Assembly: GCA_964010765.1 (NCBI GenBank)
Contig: CAXGMD010000001.1
Location: 57,823 to 121,822, forward strand
Direction of reading: 5' to 3'
DNA length: 64,000 nt
Source of the DNA: an uncultured bacterium
GTDB taxonomy: Bacteria; SAR324; NAC60-12
Shown: positions 61,804-64,000 of the stretch, one piece after another
How positions within the stretch are numbered: the first letter of the stretch is position 1
Layout of the letters: every line of letters begins with the position of its first letter
Made by a program: the position numbers and the translations under genes
The notes under the pieces: generated by a model
What the model saw: only the letters and a program-made list of their open reading frames with translations
Database searches by the model: none
Told to the model about the DNA's origin: nothing

Positions 61804-61923
61804 GGGAAATTTTTAGCTGGAGTTGCGTGATGACCAGGAAGTGGCTGCTACGATTTATTCTTAGATTTTGAATGATCAAAACCATGATATTCTAACATTT
61901 TCTCAAAATTCATTTAATTTAGT

Positions 61924-61939
61924 CGGCTTGTAAATTGCA
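61924..61939 (+). promoter_or_regulatory. Probable sigma54 promoter of FliM-like gene
   Basis: CGGCTTGTAAATTGCA, GG-N10-GC with TTGCA. Confidence 0.5.
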
Positions 61940-61979
61940 CGGAAAAACTATCTTTTCCACCTGTAATTGGGAGAACCTT

Positions 61980-62693
61980 ATGGGGCACGAAAATATAGTA
62001 CCTTCTGGAGATACCTTCTTAGATCCGGAAATCATGGAGGGAATGCTTCGAGAAACTTTCGGCCTTGAATCTGAAACAACTGCTGCTTCCTCACCAGAGG
62101 AGACTGAAATTTGCCAAACTCTTGATACGGTGCTTGAAAAATCCCTACTGCCCATTGCAGATCGACTTTCGGCTTATCTTCGTCTGATTTTAATGCAGGT
62201 CCTACCCCGACAATTACAAATAGAATTCAAGCGTCAATTTCAAACCACTTATCAAGATTTAACTCAACTCTTTCCTAGAAGATCATACTTTTCAATGATC
62301 TGGGTACAACCTCACAACACCGTTTGGTTTATGCACCTTGATCGATCACTAGCTGAAGGCTTGGCCGGTAGAAAGTACAACCTCGAATTTGGCTCATCCG
62401 GTAAGCGCTGGCATGAAGTGACCGATGCAGATTCTGGAATTTACCTTGAGATTGGCGAGATCTTACGACGTTGCTTCCACGGAATCCCAAGATCATGGAG
62501 TCAAAAGGGCAATTTAGAAATTGATCGATTCAAGCATATGCTTCAGCCAGGATATCTCGACGAAGTGGAGCCTGAGGATCTTTATGTCGTTCAGGAGTTC
62601 CAGATCAATCATCCTGAACTTCGTGGATGCCTCCATTTGGGTATTCCGTACGTTGTCATTATGAGTCTACTGCGGGATGAACTAGCTGCTTGA
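61980..62693 (+). CDS. FliM middle-domain-like protein lacking SpoA domain
   Basis: L..+L.R.+.I....Q.TY.D+...P, +.LD..L, G.L.+GIPY pattern; GGGAG RBS supports ATG at 61980. Confidence 0.6.
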   Translation: MGHENIVPSGDTFLDPEIMEGMLRETFGLESETTAASSPEETEICQTLDTVLEKSLLPIADRLSAYLRLILMQVLPRQLQIEFKRQFQTTYQDLTQLFPRRSYFSMIWVQPHNTVWFMHLDRSLAEGLAGRKYNLEFGSSGKRWHEVTDADSGIYLEIGEILRRCFHGIPRSWSQKGNLEIDRFKHMLQPGYLDEVEPEDLYVVQEFQINHPELRGCLHLGIPYVVIMSLLRDELAA

Positions 62694-63998
62694 ACCTCCA
62701 TTGTCGATCTTCAGGACTGCCATGAAGGCTTCTTGAGGAACCTCAACAGTCCCCAGCCGTTTCATTCTTTTCTTTCCTTCCTTCTGTTTTTCCAAAAGCT
62801 TTCTTTTTCGTGTGATATCCCCTCCGTAACACTTTGCGGTTACATCCTTACGCAAAGCCCCAAGGGTTTCTCTGGCAATGACCTTAGAGCCGATTGCTGC
62901 TTGAATCGCAATTTCGTACATCTGCCTTGGCAATAGCTTCTTGAACTGCTTACAAAGTTCCCTTCCTCGATAGTAGGCCTGTTCTTTCGGGACTATCAAC
63001 GACAAAGCATCGACTACATCTCCATTCAATAGAATATCCAGCTTTGAAAGATCACCCAATCGATAGTCAATCAACTCGTAGTCGAAAGAAGCGTAGCCCC
63101 GTGAAACTGATTTCAGTCGGTCATAGAAATCCAGAACAATTTCATTTAAAGGGAACTCATATTCGAGCATGACCCGGTTTGGTGAAGGATACTCCATGTT
63201 GGTCTGTATTCCCCTTCGTTCCTGAGCCAACTTGATGATGTTGCCAACATACTCTTGAGGGGTGAAAATTCTACTTCGGATATAGGGCTCTTCGATGTGG
63301 TCAAGCTCAGAAGCTGATGGCAGCTGTGAGGGATTATCAACCTTGATCAGTCCACCATCTTTCAAATGGACATCGTAGACGACACTTGGAGCGGTCGTGA
63401 TGAGGTCAATTTTGAACTCTCTCTCCAATCGTTCCTGAGCAATCTCCATGTGGAGAAGACCTAAGAATCCACATCGGAACCCGAATCCCAGAGCCGCAGA
63501 GGTTTCTGGTTCATATGTCAAGGAGGAATCGTTCAAGGCCAATTTGCGAAGAGCCTCACGCAAGTCTTCGTAGTCCTCACTACTTACTGGGTAAATACCA
63601 CTGAAGACCATTGGCTTGGCCTCAGCATAGCCTGATAGTGGGGTTGTAGCAGGTCTTTCCGCATGAGTGACTGTGTCACCAATTTTCGTATGACCAATGG
63701 TCTTAATTGAAGCACAGACAAAACCAACTTCTCCTGTACTCAGTTCGGATCTTTCTTTTCTGAAAGGGGTGAAAACACCAAGTTGAGTCACCTCATACTC
63801 AAAACCAGTCGCCATGAACCGGATGACTTCTCCAACTGTAATTCTGCCATCGATCACTCGAATGAGGATCACAATTCCCAAATAGGGATCAAACCAAGAA
63901 TCAAAGATGAGTCCTCGCAGGGGAACATCCGGCTTTCCAGTTGGCGGCGGAACTTTCTTGACGATCTGCTCCAAAAGTTCTTGGATCCCGATATTGTT
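62682..63998 (-). CDS. lepA: Translation elongation factor 4 (5'-partial, runs off window end)
   Basis: [44 protein letters not shown]. Confidence 0.98.
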   Translation of the reverse strand, partial: NNIGIQELLEQIVKKVPPPTGKPDVPLRGLIFDSWFDPYLGIVILIRVIDGRITVGEVIRFMATGFEYEVTQLGVFTPFRKERSELSTGEVGFVCASIKTIGHTKIGDTVTHAERPATTPLSGYAEAKPMVFSGIYPVSSEDYEDLREALRKLALNDSSLTYEPETSAALGFGFRCGFLGLLHMEIAQERLEREFKIDLITTAPSVVYDVHLKDGGLIKVDNPSQLPSASELDHIEEPYIRSRIFTPQEYVGNIIKLAQERRGIQTNMEYPSPNRVMLEYEFPLNEIVLDFYDRLKSVSRGYASFDYELIDYRLGDLSKLDILLNGDVVDALSLIVPKEQAYYRGRELCKQFKKLLPRQMYEIAIQAAIGSKVIARETLGALRKDVTAKCYGGDITRKRKLLEKQKEGKKRMKRLGTVEVPQEAFMAVLKIDNGGSSS

Positions 63999-64000
63999 TT

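Noticed and set aside
61935..61979. TTG start for the FliM-like ORF
   Set aside because: Falls inside the sigma54-like promoter; ATG 61980 has a GGGAG RBS.

Overview
Gene-dense bacterial chromosomal window, mostly housekeeping genes in shuffled order (hisD, mgtE, xth, prfC, trxB, argG, amtB, purA, proC, murA, ruvB, nadD, rluD, rph, lpxA, trpBA, rlmB, thrH, pdxH, glnA, pheA, hisF, ppk1, lepA). The organism is Gram-negative (lpxA). Gene style suggests a marine deltaproteobacterium-like lineage such as SAR324, but this is inference only. I found no rRNA, tRNA, CRISPR array, transposase or integrase. Most notable: (1) a Nudix hydrolase translationally coupled to a RelA/SpoT homologue that has a dead HD domain and no ACT domain; (2) a bacterial selenoprotein-J/J1-crystallin-like gene interrupted by one in-frame TGA; (3) a dispersed set of divergent flagellar-switch and brake paralogues outside any flagellar operon (acidic FliN-like, two atypical FliM-like, a YcgR-like pair with and without PilZ); (4) an orphan OmpR regulator with Glu at the phosphoacceptor site; (5) a tandem CDP-alcohol phosphotransferase; (6) a shared NtrC-type box with sigma54-like promoters at amtB and glnA. 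All family calls come from motif recognition by eye, not database searches.
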